From Eledone cirrhosa (Eukaryota): 64,000 nt of DNA. Shown here piece after piece: positions 39,656-52,292 of the stretch; within the stretch, counting starts at the first letter, position 1; every line of letters starts with the position of its first letter. The notes under the pieces are model-generated. The model searched no databases. It was not told the DNA's origin and saw only the letters and a list, made by a program, of their open reading frames with translations. The stretch lies in the NCBI GenBank assembly GCA_964016885.1, contig OZ024764.1, positions 434,001 through 498,000 on the forward strand. Reading direction: 5' to 3'. The translations under genes and the position numbers were made by a program.

Positions 39656-39801
39656 GTTCTGAAGAAGAAATCCAAGAAGCGTTAAAATGTATCACCGAGA
39701 AGTTCCCCCCCTCCATCTATAGTAATGTTGATCTCTCCCCGATCCGGGGGGATACAGCACAGCTAGCCACCAACCCTGTTGTCATGCCAGATCTCATACA
39801 G
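39656..39801 (+). CDS. AKAP1: AKAP1 coding exon 3 (KH C-terminal helix + linker)
   Basis: Acceptor CCCACAG. Reads (G)SEEEIQEALKCITEKFPPSIYSNVDLSP...MPDLIQ. Donor GTAAAC at 39802, phase 1 to 0. Missed by the ORF track. Confidence 0.88.
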
Positions 39802-39831
39802 GTAAACGGATCACTTTCTACTTCCACAAAC

Positions 39832-40435
39832 CCTCCCTACCTCTCTGGCCCCGCCTTCCTATCTCTCTGCCCCCGCCTTCCTACCTCTCTGGCCCCGCCT
39901 TCCTATCTCTCTGGCCCCGCCTTCCTACCTCTCTGGCCCCGCCTTCCTATCTCTCTGCCCCCCGCCTTCCTACCTCTCTGGCCCCGCCTTCCTACCTCTC
40001 TGGCCCCGCCTTCCTACCTCTCTGGCCCCGCCTTCCTATCTCTATGGCCCCGCCTTCCTACCTCTCTGGCCCCGCCTTCCTATGTCTCTGCCCCCGCCTT
40101 CCTACCTCTCTGGCCCCGCCTTCCTACCTCTCTGGCTCCACCTTCCTACCTCTCTGGCTCCACCTTCCTACCTCTCTGGCTCCACCTTCCTACCTCTCTG
40201 GCTCCACCTTCTTACCTCTCCCCCCACCTTCCTACCTCTCTGGCTCCGCCTTCCTACCTCTCTGGCTCCACCTTCTTACCTCTCCCCCCACCTTCCTACC
40301 TCTCTGGCTCCACCTTCCTACCTCTCCCCCCGCCTTCCTACCCCCCCCCCCCCCGCCTGCCTACCTCTCTGACCACGCCTTGCTACCTCTCTGGCTCTGC
40401 CTTCCTCTGGCCCTGCCTACCTCTGGCCCCACCTT
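39832..40435. repeat. 22-bp C-rich minisatellite (CCTACCTCTCTGGCCCCGCCTT)
   Basis: Direct inspection. Begins ~30 bp after the exon 3 donor. Confidence 0.9.
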
Positions 40436-41131
40436 GCTTCATAGACCATTCGTCTCCCTTTCTATACACTTCCTGCTTCCCTCCACATTCCAACCCTCTC
40501 TCACAACCCTGTTTTATCAACCCTTAAATCTCTCCCTTTCAGTTAATTTGTTAGTAGCCAATAACATGGATACAGGCCACTTCTTTCCCCAAGAAGACCT
40601 GGCTTACCTTATCTTACTTCAAATATATATAACCCCTAAATTTCATTAACCCCTAAATTTCTTCCCCAACAAAGCCTGGCTTATCTTACTTCACATATAG
40701 CCCGTAAATCTCTCCCTGTCTTTCATTATTTCAGCTGAATCTACCACAAGAAGGGGTCTCAATGTCTTTTGGGGCCAGTATTATTGATCCCCCAGGAAAG
40801 CCTGCCTTATCTTTCTTCAGACATATAACCCCTAAATTTCATTAATTCCCTAAATCCTTCCCTCCAAGAAGGCCTGGCTTTATGATCTTCACATACATAC
40901 AACCCCTAAATCTCGTCAACCCCTTGTCAAACACAATCTCATCTACCCCTAAATCTCGTCAGCCCCTAAATCCCTAAATGTCGTCAATCCCTAAATGTCG
41001 TCAAACCCTAATTGTCGTCAACCCCTAAATGTCGTCAACCCCAAAATGTCGTCGGTCCCTCATCAACCCCTAAATGTCGTGAGTCCCTAAATCCGACAAC
41101 CCCTAAATCTCTCCGTCTTTCAATATTTCAG

Positions 41132-41315
41132 CTGAATCTACCACAAGAAGGGGTCTCAATCAACGTGTTAGTGGCCAGTATTATTGATGCTGGTCACCTC
41201 TTCCTTCAGTTGCCCACACACCCCACCTATGGGGCCCTTAATAGGCTCAACAAGTATATGAATCGATGCTACTCTCAGCCAGGCATGGTGCCACATCTAC
41301 CACGACCCTTGGCAG
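41132..41315 (+). CDS. AKAP1: AKAP1 coding exon 4 (extended Tudor, N-terminal part)
   Basis: LNLPQEGVSINVLVASIIDAGHLFLQLPTHPTYGALNRLNKYMNRCYSQPG resembles vertebrate AKAP1 AGHLFVQQHTHPTF...CYSQPG. Acceptor TTTCAG, donor GTAAGG, phase 0 to 1. Confidence 0.93.
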
Positions 41316-41394
41316 GTAAGGTTCACTCTCTCAAGAAGGAAAATAAACCCATGAATGAAAGATGAAAAAATGGGGCAGTCATACACACGCACCT

Positions 41395-41448
<54 letters not shown>

Positions 41449-41493
41449 TTAATATGTAGTTGTCCTAATATATATATATATATTTATATTTAT

Positions 41494-41812
41494 GAAGGCA
41501 CATGGCTTAGTGGTTAGAGCATTGGCCTTGCAATCGAAAGGTTGTGAGTTCAATTCTCAGACCGGGTGATGTGTTGTTTCCTTGAGCAAGACACTTTATT
41601 TCACATTGCTCCAGTTTACTCAGCTGTAGAAATGAGATGATAGGGACTGGGGTCCCTATCATTCCACTGCAAAGTGGTTGTGGAGGTGCCACGGCAAAAA
41701 AGCAGCCAGCACTCACTGTAAATGAGGTTGGTGTTAGGAAGGGCATCCAGCTGTAGAAATCAAGCCAGAATTAGTTCCCGTCCCACCCTTGCAAGCAGGG
41801 AAAAGCAGAAGT
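41494..41812 (+). mobile_element. CORE-SINE S1
   Basis: Near-identical to 7767-8113. Confidence 0.9.
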
Positions 41813-41879
41813 AAAAAAAGAAAAAAAAAGAAATGATAGATATATATATATATATATATATTTGTATATATATATCTAT

Positions 41880-42152
41880 CATCATCATCTTCCACGCTAG
41901 CATGGGTTAGACGGGAGTTGTCCCACTTGAGGCAAGGTTGGTCGGGTGACCGTGTCTCACTCATAGGACTATCTGGCAGGTTTTCTACGGCTGGATCCCC
42001 TTCCTACCACCAACCACATTTACAGTGTGGAACTGGGAACTTTTTACTGTGTTAGCTACACGGCCACATTACAGCGTGGACTGTGTTTTTTTTGTCGTGA
42101 CACCTACACGATCTCGATCTCATTTATTTGTACTGGATGTTGTGGTACCAAC
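41880..42152 (-). mobile_element. Family R1 non-autonomous RTE-related element
   Basis: Reverse complement of the 14093-14375-like sequence. Confidence 0.65.
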
Positions 42153-42397
42153 TTTACAGAGAGAGGGTGGTGTTAGTGGGAGTGGGAGGATAGAGTAGGG
42201 GTAGTGGATTTGGGTGTATATTTGGTTAAGAGATATATATATATATATATATATATTATAGAGAGAGATAGAGAGATAGTTTGTTGATTATTCAACAAAG
42301 TTAATTTTATAACAGATTAGAAGCACTCTACAGGATTTATCTGGAGTACAATATCATTAATATTAATAAATGGAAAATATCTTTACAAACCCATATT

Positions 42398-42458
42398 TAT
42401 TTTATTATACGTATTTCAAGGGCACTAACATTTTGGTACGCTTTCATCAGATAAAATA
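42398..42458 (-). ncRNA. Minimal hammerhead motif (family A)
   Basis: Reverse strand TATTTTAT-CTGATGA-AAGCGTACCA-AAATGT-TAGTGCCCTT-GAAA-TACGTA-TA-ATAAATA, with palindromic stem III TACGTA. Confidence 0.72.
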
Positions 42459-42790
42459 TAATATTTGGTGTAAAGATAGTGACATATCTACATGTGAACT
42501 TAATGGTATAAGTTCATTGAAGATAGTGAATAGAAAGGTTCAACACTCAAGGGATATATGCTAAAGAGGATAACGTTAAAACTGACAAAAGCCGTTAAGT
42601 TTAGACGCTTGATAAGTTTTAAATACTTATTTAAATTCTTTTTTTTTTTATATATGGGTTTGCTATTATAGGTTGAAAAATTATTGTAGAGTTATTTTAG
42701 AGTTAGTTATAGAAATATAGATATATACACCCAATATGAGTTTAGAAGGAATCACATAATTATACTTATTCATTTATTTATTAATATAAA

Positions 42791-43633
42791 CTAGCAGGGT
42801 GGTTTTCTGCTAGCATGTGTAGTGTGTATATTGATATTATACGCAGGTATATGTACATGTAGATATATGTCAAATAAAATCGTAATTGACAATATACAAA
42901 GAAATTGAAGAGAGACTGTGTTACACTGTCTTATGTAATCAGTAAAGTAATCCATGATACATTAAAAAAGGCGATATTATATATAAACTGCATTAGGAGA
43001 AAATTAGTGACAGAAAATTAGTATGTTTATTTAAGCGATTGCCAACTGGAAGTATTGACATTTCAGAAATTTTAAAGAAGTGAATCTTTAAATAAACAAA
43101 ATATATTTAATGAACAGCCACGAAATTTAGTAGATAAATTATGTAATATTCATTCATTATTTATTCTAAGTAATTTTATCGACCCCGTAAGGATGAAAGG
43201 CAAAGTCAACCTCAAATCCCGCCGAGGTTGACTTTGCTATTCATCCTTACGGGGTCGATAAAATAAAGTACCAGTAATGCACTGGGTAATTTCTGGCCTT
43301 GTGCCTAAAGTAGAAACAATTATTTATTCAAAGTAATAAATGAATATTAATAGGGCGGTGGATTGGCAGTATCGGTAGAGGGTCAGATGCCATGCTTTGA
43401 CGCATAGTTACGGCCCTTGCCATTCTGAGTTCAAATCCCGCCGAGGTTAACTTTGCCTTTCATCCTTACAGGGTCGATAAAATAAAGTACCAGTAATACA
43501 CTGATTAATTGCTGGCCTTGTGCCAAAAGTAGAAACAATTATTTATTCAAAGTAATCCAATTTATTTTACTAATGGGATAACAAATTATAAACCATACGC
43601 AGTCTCGCACTCCTTACTTTATTATAGTTTAGA
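42791..43633 (-). mobile_element. Helitron-like H1 copy with two nested S2 SINE insertions
   Basis: Matches 22228-22699. S2 copies at 43174-43322 and 43352-43540 are flanked by repeats of TTATTCAAAGTAAT. Confidence 0.65.
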
Positions 43634-43829
43634 TTTTAAGAATATGGATGTATTTATAATATTTAGATGAGAAGTATAATGTATTGTATTAAATTATAAA
43701 ACTATTACTTCGTTACAGCAATTGCAACAATATATGTGAATGAATATACAGTAGTGCATTTATCTTTGTATATATTTTAGTTCTATTTTTAGAGGTGGTT
43801 TTTACTCACCTTGTAGTTATGTCACTGGG

Positions 43830-43891
<62 letters not shown>

Positions 43892-44392
43892 TATTTATAT
43901 GTGTGGCTTTGCCTCTTCTTCACCTTCCTTTGAGGTTTATTTTCTTTGGAGGAAATAAATTTAAATAGAATCCACTGATACAAGGGAGGTAACTCTCATT
44001 TCAGTTTTTATCTTTACTTTACTCTTAAATATAAACATGTTTCTACTTTATTTTGTTGATCTATGTTATTCCTGTTAATCTTATATGCACGCGGTGAATG
44101 GTCCTGTCTTTATGAATCTGAAATTGTGTTGATCCCTAGTTGGTAGCTGATAAGTAGGATATTTTAAAAATATTTATTTACTGATAAGTAGGTCCTAACC
44201 TTGAAATATACTGGGTAAAAATATTACTTTGTTTAGTTATATTTATTTTTTGCCCTTTATATATTTCTCCTACGTTGAATCACCTTTCTGAGGTTCTTAT
44301 GAAGGATTACACACACACAAATATTTAAATTAAATCTGCCTTCCAAACAACAACGCTTCTCCGATAACTCTTTGAACATCTACAAACAGATC

Positions 44393-44436
44393 CTCTCTTG
44401 ATAAAGGGTTTTTTAAACCTGAAAATATTTGAGATA
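44393..44436 (+). ncRNA. Hammerhead motif, UUGAUAA (C3U/G8A) variant
   Basis: CTC-TTGATAA-AGGGTTT..AAACCT-GAAA-ATAT-TT-GAG. Confidence 0.5.
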
Positions 44437-44596
44437 AATAAATGTGCTAAGGTAAAATTCTATCGTCCTCATTCTTTCCTCTATAACTCCTATTACCTTA
44501 GCACTTTTAATATTGTATGCATTGTAGGGCTTTCAAATATATAAACTTATTTACATTTGTATTTCCTATACCACAACGCTTTAAGCAAACTACAAC

Positions 44597-44637
<41 letters not shown>

Positions 44638-44794
44638 AGGAGGTTATAGTTCACTTGAAGCATTGTGTAATGAGGTATAAACGTTTGAATATGTATAATA
44701 AAGCCAAAACAATGCAGGTATGGACATAGAATAAAGAATGCAAATGCAAAAGATATTGTTGACAATTAGTCTTTTACCTTAGATTTATTTAAAT

Positions 44795-44833
44795 GTCCTT
44801 AATTTTCGAGATAATATCTCTTCTTCGGAGGGA
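44795..44833 (-). ncRNA. Very small hammerhead motif, CCGAAGA variant
   Basis: Reverse strand CCT-CCGAAGA-AGAGAT-ATT-ATCTC-GAAA-AT-TA-AGG. Confidence 0.5.
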
Positions 44834-45109
44834 AATAAAGGTCTCAAACCAGCGTTCTAAGTAGCTTGCCAAGCCATGCTGACAGGAAATGGTATAGAGT
44901 ATCTGTTCTATCTCTAATGTTAAAGAGTGAAAATTAGGTGGATAAAGAGTAGTCTCCCTTTAAAAGGGGTTTGTTTTTGTTTTATTTTGTTTTTTTTATA
45001 TACATGCCTGTTTAATTGTGTGGGAGAATGCATGAAGGTGTAAGTATGCGAGTGTGTGTGAGTGTGAGAAGATAAGTCTATTCGTAAATGTGGGAGATAG
45101 GTGTTATAT

Positions 45110-46200
45110 ATCATCATCATCATCACCACCTGGTGGCCTCAGTCGAAATGGACCTCCACGTGGGTCTGTCATTCATTGCCAAGTCCTGGATTTCAATACC
45201 AGAATCTCTGGAGATGACATCGGGGTACGAGAGCTTGTGCCCCCTGTTATTAGTCACTGCTTGTGGTTTCCAAAGCTCTAGTGGGGACACAACCTCATAG
45301 GTGGCACGATGGCAGTGGCCAGTAAATTAGGATAGGAGAGCTTGTGCCTCCTGTTATTAGTGACTGCTTGTGGTTTCCAAAGCCCTAGTGGGGACACAGC
45401 CTCAGAGGTGGCACGATGGCAGTGGCCAGTAAATTAGGATAGGAGAGCTTGTGCCCCCTGTTATTAGTGACTGCTTGTGGTTTCCAAAGCACTAATGGGG
45501 ACACAACCTCATAGGTGGCACGATGGCAGTGGCCAGTAAATCTTACTCTCTTCTTACGTACGACAACAGATATGTGTGGGAGGTCAGCATATATCTCTCT
45601 CAAAGTCAGATGTCGCCAGCTTTTGTTCTGAATGTGCTGAGTGGCATCAAGGTAGTAGTAGTAGTGGTGTAGGTGCCATCAAGGTAGTAGTAGTAGTAGT
45701 GTAAGTGCCATGAAGGTGTTTTGTTGTTTGGATGAAAGTGTCCATGTTTCACTTCCATGTAGCAAGATTGGTTGAATTGTGACTTGGAAGAGTCAGATCT
45801 TTGTGTGGTTGGAAAGATTTGAGCCCAAACTTGATCCATCTTGTTGCAAGATGACCACGCTTGGGCCTTTTTGGTGGCAAAACCTTCCCAGAGTCCATGA
45901 TCCAGGACTCAAGATACTTGAAATCCTCGACGTGTTTGATATCACTGCCATTGATTGCTTTGATGGTGTTACCTGTACAGTTTGATATGAACTCTGTTTT
46001 ACCCTCGTTGAGATGAAGGCCAACGGGGGCGGCTGCTTCCTAGAGACATGTCAAAAGTTGTTGCACAATTTCTAGGCAATCTGCAAGAAGTGCAATGTCA
46101 TCTGCAAAGTCAAGGTCAGTGAGATACACACATATGATAGGGAGAACTGTGGCGGTCCAATGTAGATGATCACAATTTTTTTGTTCATAATCAGTTGTAA
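45110..46200 (-). mobile_element. Degraded RTE-like LINE fragment with internal tandem duplications
   Basis: LTDLDFADDIALLAD (RT motif) and RVRFTGHCHR...LVLWKP. A ~110-bp segment is triplicated at 45230-45540, and there is an (ATG)n tail. Confidence 0.75.
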
Positions 46201-46901
46201 TACGTATTTCAGTGGTGATCATAGCTACATGATACTTTGATTACACATTCAGTAACACAACCTCATCAGGCATCATATGTAAGAAGGTGATGTTGCTAAT
46301 ACAAGTCAAAGACAAGTGGAAGAGACCAATATTATGTTTTCACTACCGAGCTCCATTCCTTTAGGTTTTATACATTTTCTTAACCTCTTCAGTGCTGTAG
46401 ATGAGATAACTTGTCCTAAAATGTTTGAACTCTTTTCCAACAGTTCATAACTTCAAAATTATGAACTCCTTTCCAACAGTTCATAATTTCAAAGTTATGA
46501 ACTCCTTTCCAACAGTTCATAACTTCAAAGCTAGATGGGGTTACTAGTTTATTGATGTGACATTTGTCAACCATTCAGGTATGTGTTGTTAATAAATGTT
46601 TGTTTAAAAAAATAGTTATTTTACTGAAAAACAAACCTGGCACAGCAACTGGACCTGTGTAAAATATACACAGTGGTCAACAGGTTAATGGACTGTGTGT
46701 ATGTGTAGGTGTGTATGTAATCATTTTATTGTCTGATGTCTGTTTATGATCTGTGTGGCCCCAACCATGGATAGCTGGTACCACACACACTGGCTAGCAT
46801 TACTGTTGTTGTTGGTGTGATGTGTGGCCTCAACCATGGATAGCTGGTACCACACACACACACACTGGGTAGTATTACAGTTGTTGTTGTTGTTGTTGTA
46901 G

Positions 46902-47049
46902 TTGGAGTGATCTGTGCGGCCCCAGCCATGGATAGTTGGTACCGAGCTGTCATCGTTGCAGTATTTGAGGAGACCGATGAATGTGAGATAAAGTTTGTTG
47001 ATTACGGAGGATACAGTCAGGTGTCATGGAATGACTTACGACAGATCAG
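46902..47049 (+). CDS. AKAP1: AKAP1 coding exon 5 (Tudor core)
   Basis: (V)[48 protein letters not shown](R), with Tudor WYRA and FVDYG motifs. Acceptor TTGTAG, donor GTGAGT, phase 1 to 2. Not in the ORF track in this frame. Confidence 0.93.
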
Positions 47050-47375
47050 GTGAGTACTGGAGGGGTGGGGGAGGTCTTGTGTTGGGTACTGGAGGGGGGG
47101 TGGTCTTGTGGTGGGTACTGGAGAGGGGCGGGGTCTTGTGGTGGGTACTGGAGGGAGGGTCTTGTGGAGGGGGGGGTACTGGAGGGGGGTCTTGTGGTGG
47201 GTACTGGAGGGGTGGGGTTTACTGGAGGGGGGTATCTTCGGAGTGTGGAGGGTTGGGGTGTGTGTGTGTCTTGTGAGTACATGGAGAGGGGGGTCTTGCG
47301 AGTATTGAGGGGTGTGTGTCTTGTGGTGGGGTCGGAGAGGGCGTCTTATGAGTACTGGATGGGGGGGGGGCAGTG
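47050..47375 (+). repeat. G-rich ~25-bp minisatellite starting at the exon 5 donor
   Basis: GTACTGGAGGGGGGTCTTGTGGTGG-like units. Confidence 0.85.
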
Positions 47376-47389
47376 GTGGTTGGTTTTGC

Positions 47390-47820
47390 ACAAACAACAA
47401 ACACATATAAACACACACTAGTAAACTAAGATAGAATACAATAACCAAAACACAGTCACCCAAACGCGAACACACACACCATACACTATACACACACGCA
47501 AACGCATGCGCAGAGAAGACAAAAATAAATAAATAAACAGATAAAATAAAGATGGCGTAGACATACAATAGAACAGGAGGAACATAATAGCACCACTGAT
47601 GATGTTGCAGATGTGTAACGAAAGAACTTTGTTAGACTATATATATGTGTTTATATCTATATTATATCTGTTGACCTTTGGTCAGTCAATGGTAAACATT
47701 GAGGACCGAATAAATTAAATTAACCGATATAAAAGACACAGAAGCGAAAACCAACCAAACAGTGAGTGTGTTCTGTTATTAATTCTGGCAATATTATTAC
47801 AACAATATGACCCTCTCCAA
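47390..47820 (+). mobile_element. Solo Penelope 3' end/pLTR with family-E hammerhead (47588-47635)
   Basis: Similar to the reverse complement of 23530-23720 and 22731-22895. CTGATGA at 47596-47602, stem II GTTGCA/TGTAAC, GAAA at 47620-47623. Confidence 0.7.
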
Positions 47821-47842
47821 GTATATATATATATATATATGT

Positions 47843-48130
47843 ACATGGTGGCTGCCAACTCGTTTTCGAGTACGGCCACTACTTTATATCCATGTAGGAG
47901 AACCCCTACTGATGCGCTGAACGAGTGTGACTTTTTAGTCCAGCCAGCGACTTGAAAACTCTGGTACAAACACTACACTTGTGACAATTATTGATACATA
48001 GTGCTGGGCCCATGGTACCATGTGACGACAAGTGCAGAGAGATCTCCAGATATAAAGCAATGCCTGTGCCATGAAGCTTTTACAGTGAGCAAAGGCACTG
48101 CACAAAGCCAGTCCCACTCTCTTAACCAAT
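47843..48130 (-). mobile_element. Family R2 RTE element, 5' truncated
   Basis: Matches 8851-9132. Confidence 0.75.
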
Positions 48131-48155
48131 ATATATACATATGTATGTGTATATA

Positions 48156-48200
<45 letters not shown>

Positions 48201-48202
<2 letters not shown>

Positions 48203-48545
48203 AGGCACATGGCTTAGTGGTTAGAGCATTGGCCTTGCAATCGAAAGGTTGTGAGTTCAATTCTCAGACCAGGTGATGTGTTGCTTCCTTGAGCAAGACA
48301 CTTTATTTCACATTGCTCCAGTTTACTCAGCTGTAGAAATGAGATGATAGGACTGGGGTCCCTATCATTCCACTGCAAAGTGGTCGTGGAGGTGCCACGG
48401 CAAAAAAGCACCCAGCACTCACTGTAAATGAGGTTGGTGTTAGGAAGGGCATCCAGCTGTAGAAATCAAGCCAGAATTAGTTCCCATCCCACCCTTGCAA
48501 GCTGGGAAAAAGTGGACGTGAAATGAAATGATGATGATGATGATA
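48201..48545 (+). mobile_element. CORE-SINE S1, full length
   Basis: Near-identical to 7767-8113. Confidence 0.9.
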
Positions 48546-49640
48546 TATATATATGTACATATATATATATATATGTACATATATACACATACATATGTAC
48601 ATATATACACATACATATGTATATATATACACATACATATGTATATATATACACATAGATATGTATATATATATACACATACATATGTACATATATACAC
48701 ATACATATGTATATATATACACATAGATATGTATATATATACACATAGATATGTATATATATACACATACATATGTATATATGTACACATAGATATGTAT
48801 ATATATACACATAGATATGTATATATATACACATACATATGTATATATATAGATAGATATGTATATATATACACATAGATATGTATGTATATACACATAC
48901 ATATGTATGTATATACACATACATATGTATATATATACAGATATGTATATATATACACAGAGATATGTATATATATACACATAGATATGTATATATATAC
49001 ACATAGATATGTATATATATACACATAGATATGTATATATATACACATAGATATGTATATATATACACATACATATGTATATATATACACATAGATATGT
49101 ATATATATACACATAGATATGTATATAGATACACATAGATATGTATATATATACACATAGATATGTATGTATATACACATACATATGTATATATATACAC
49201 ATATGTACATATATACACATACATATGTATATATATACACATAGATATGTATATATATACACATACATATGTATATATATACAGATAGATATGTATATAT
49301 ATACAGATAGATATGTATATATATACACATAGATATGTACATATATACACATACATATGTATATATATACATATACATATGTACATATATACATATGTAC
49401 ATATATACACATAGATATGTATATATATACACATACATATGTATATATATACACTTACATATGTATATATATACACATACATATATACGCATACATATGT
49501 ACATATATACACATACATATGTATATATATATACACATAAATATGTATATATATACATAGATATGTATATATATACACATACATATGTATATATATACAC
49601 ACAGATATGTATACACACATACACACACATATATATATAT
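48546..49640. repeat. ~24-bp TA/CA-derived minisatellite (ACACATAGATATGTATATATAT)
   Basis: Direct inspection. Confidence 0.9.
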
Positions 49641-49655
49641 TTTTTCTATTTTCAG

Positions 49656-49723
49656 GAGTGATTTCATGACGTTACCATTCCAGGCTATAGAAGCATACCT
49701 TGCCAACATAACACCTTTACCAG
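49656..49723 (+). CDS. AKAP1: AKAP1 coding exon 6
   Basis: (R)SDFMTLPFQAIEAYLANITPLP resembles vertebrate SDFVTLPFQ. Acceptor TTTCAG, donor GTGAGT, phase 2 to 1. Confidence 0.92.
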
Positions 49724-49744
49724 GTGAGTGTCTCTGGGATTTAC

Positions 49745-50509
49745 ACCTGGTCTTTACCTGAACTTCCACCTGGTCTTTCCCTGAACTTCCACCTGGTCTT
49801 TCCCTGAACTTCCACCTGGTCTTTACCTGAACTTCCACCTGGTCTTTACCTGAACTTCCACCTGGTCTTTCCCTGAACTTCCACCTGGTCTTTCCCTGAA
49901 CTTCCACCTGGTCTTTACCTGAACTTCCACCTGGTCTTTACCTGAACTTCCACCTGGTCTTTCCCTGAACTTCCACCTGGTCTTTCCCTGAACTTCCACC
50001 TGGTCTTTCCCTGAACTTCCACCTGGTCTTTCCCTGAACTTCCACCTGGTCTTTCCCTGAACTTCCACCTGGTCTTTCCCTGAACTTCCACCTGGTCTTT
50101 CCCTGAACTTCCACCTGGTCTTTCCCTGAACTTCCACCTGGTCTTTCCCTGAACTTCCACCTGGTCTTTCCCTGAACTTCCACCTGGTCTTTCCCTGAAC
50201 TTCCACCTGGTCTTTCCCTGAACTTCCACCTGGTCTTTCCCTGAACTTCCACCTGGTCTTTCCCTGAACTTCCACCTGGTCTTTCCCTGAACTTCCACCT
50301 GGTCTTTACCTGAACTTCCACCTGGTCTTTACCTGAACTTCCACCTGGTCTTTACCTGAACTTCCACCTGGTCTTTACCTGAACTTCCACCTGGTCTTTA
50401 CCTGAACTTCCACCTGGTCTTTACCTGAACTTCCACCTGGTCTTTACCTGAACTTCCACCTGGTCTTTACCTGAACTTCCACCTGGTCTTTACCTGAACT
50501 TCCACCTGG
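49745..50509. repeat. 23-bp minisatellite (CACCTGGTCTTT(C/A)CCTGAACTTC), ~33 copies
   Basis: Highly homogeneous tandem array starting ~20 bp after the exon 6 donor. Confidence 0.95.
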
Positions 50510-50694
50510 ATAATCTTCTCCAATTTTGAATCATTTTCTTTGCTTCTTCCAAGAAGAGTGTTCCTGCTGTGAGCCAGGCTCCCAGGCTGTGGTCCTGCAG
50601 CTGTCTCACCTTATTGGGGCTCATCCAGTACCGAGCCCCTAAACTATGGTTACCCTGTGAGATGGGTTCAGTGTGGTGGCCTGTCCCTCCTCGT

Positions 50695-51935
50695 GGCGGT
50701 GCCATCCAGCACTGTGCTCCAACTGGCCCCTTCACGTAGCGGTGCCATCCAGCACTGGGCTCCACTCCAACTGGCCCCTTCACGTAGCGGTGCCATCCAG
50801 CACTGGGCTCCACTCCAACTGGCCCCTTCACGTAGCGGTGCCATCCAAACTGGCCCCTTCACGTAGCGGTGCCATCCAGCACTGGGCTCCACTCCAACTG
50901 GCCCCTTCACGTAGCGGTGCCATCCAAACTGGCCCCTTCACGTAGCGGTGCCATCCAGCACTGGGCTCCACTCCAACTGGCCCCTTCACGTAGCGGTGCC
51001 ATCCAAACTGGCCCCTTCACGTAGCGGTGCCATCCAGCACTGGGCTCCACTCCAACTGGCCCCTTCACGTAGCGGTGCCATCCAGCACTGGGCTCCACTC
51101 CAACTGGCCCCTTCACGTAGCGGTGCCATCCAAACTGGCCCCTTCACGTAGCGGTGCTGCCATCCAGCACTGGGCTCCACTCCAACTGGCCCCTTCACGT
51201 AGCGGTGCCATCCAGCACTGGGCTCCACTCCAACTGGCCCCTTCACGTAGCGGTGCCATCCAAACTGGCCCCTTCACGTAGCGGTGCCATCCAGCACTGG
51301 GCTCCACTCCAACTGGCCCCTTCACGTAGCGGTGCCATCCAGCACTGGGCTCTAACTGGCCCCTTCACGTAGCGGTGCCATCCAGCACTGGGCTCCACTC
51401 CAACTGGCCCCTTCACGTAGCGGTGCCATCCAAACTGGCCCCTTCACGTAGCGGTGCCATCCAGCACTGGGCTCCACTCCAACTGGCCCCTTCACGTAGC
51501 GGTGCCATCCAGCACTGGGCTCTAACTGGCCCCTTCACGTAGCGGTGCCATCCAGCACTGGGCTCCACTCCAACTGGCCCCTTCACGTAGCGGTGCCATC
51601 CAAACTGGCCCCTTCACGTAGCGGTGCCATCCAGCACTGGGCTCCACTCCAACTGGCCCCTTCACGTAGCGGTGCCATCCAGCACTGGGCTCTAACTGGC
51701 CCCTTCACGTAGCGGTGCCATCCAGCACTGGGCTCCACTCCAACTGGCCCCTTCACGTAGCGGTGCCATCCAGCACTGGGCTCCACTCCAACTGGCCCCT
51801 TCACGTAGCGGTGCCATCCAGCACTGGGCTCCACTCCAACTGGCCCCTTCACGTAGCGGTGCCATCCAGTACTGGGCTCCGACTGGCCCCTTCACATAGC
51901 GGTGCCATCCAACACCAAGCTCCCAAACTGGCCCC
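50695..51935. repeat. GC-rich minisatellite with 48/43/31-bp unit variants
   Basis: AACTGGCCCCTTCACGTAGCGGTGCCATCC(AGCACTGGGCTCCACTCC). Confidence 0.95.
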
Positions 51936-52193
51936 ACACCAGTCCCTCCTCAACCAGTACCAGACCCCAAAAACGATGGCCCCACCGTGAGATGGGTTGG
52001 GCTCCAAAACTGGTTCTGTTTTGTGAAGGGTTCGGTGTGGCCAACTGCCCCGTCCCTCCTCATGACAGAGCCATCCAGCCCCACACTGTAAATGTGGTTG
52101 ACGTGAGGAAGGTCAGGTTTTCTACAGCTGGATGCCCTTCCTAACACCAACCACATTTACAGTGTGGGGCTGGGAGGTTTTTGTTATGACACC

Positions 52194-52195
<2 letters not shown>

Positions 52196-52252
<57 letters not shown>

Positions 52253-52257
52253 GTCTG

Positions 52258-52292
<35 letters not shown>

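Noticed and set aside
40900-41110. CCCTAA repeats as interstitial telomere
   Set aside because: CCCTAA is embedded in ~20-bp units (CCCTAAATGTCGTCAA), not a pure (TTAGGG)n tract.
49745-51935. CRISPR-like appearance of the 23-bp and 48/31-bp arrays
   Set aside because: No unique spacers, no cas genes, eukaryotic intron; these are ordinary minisatellites.
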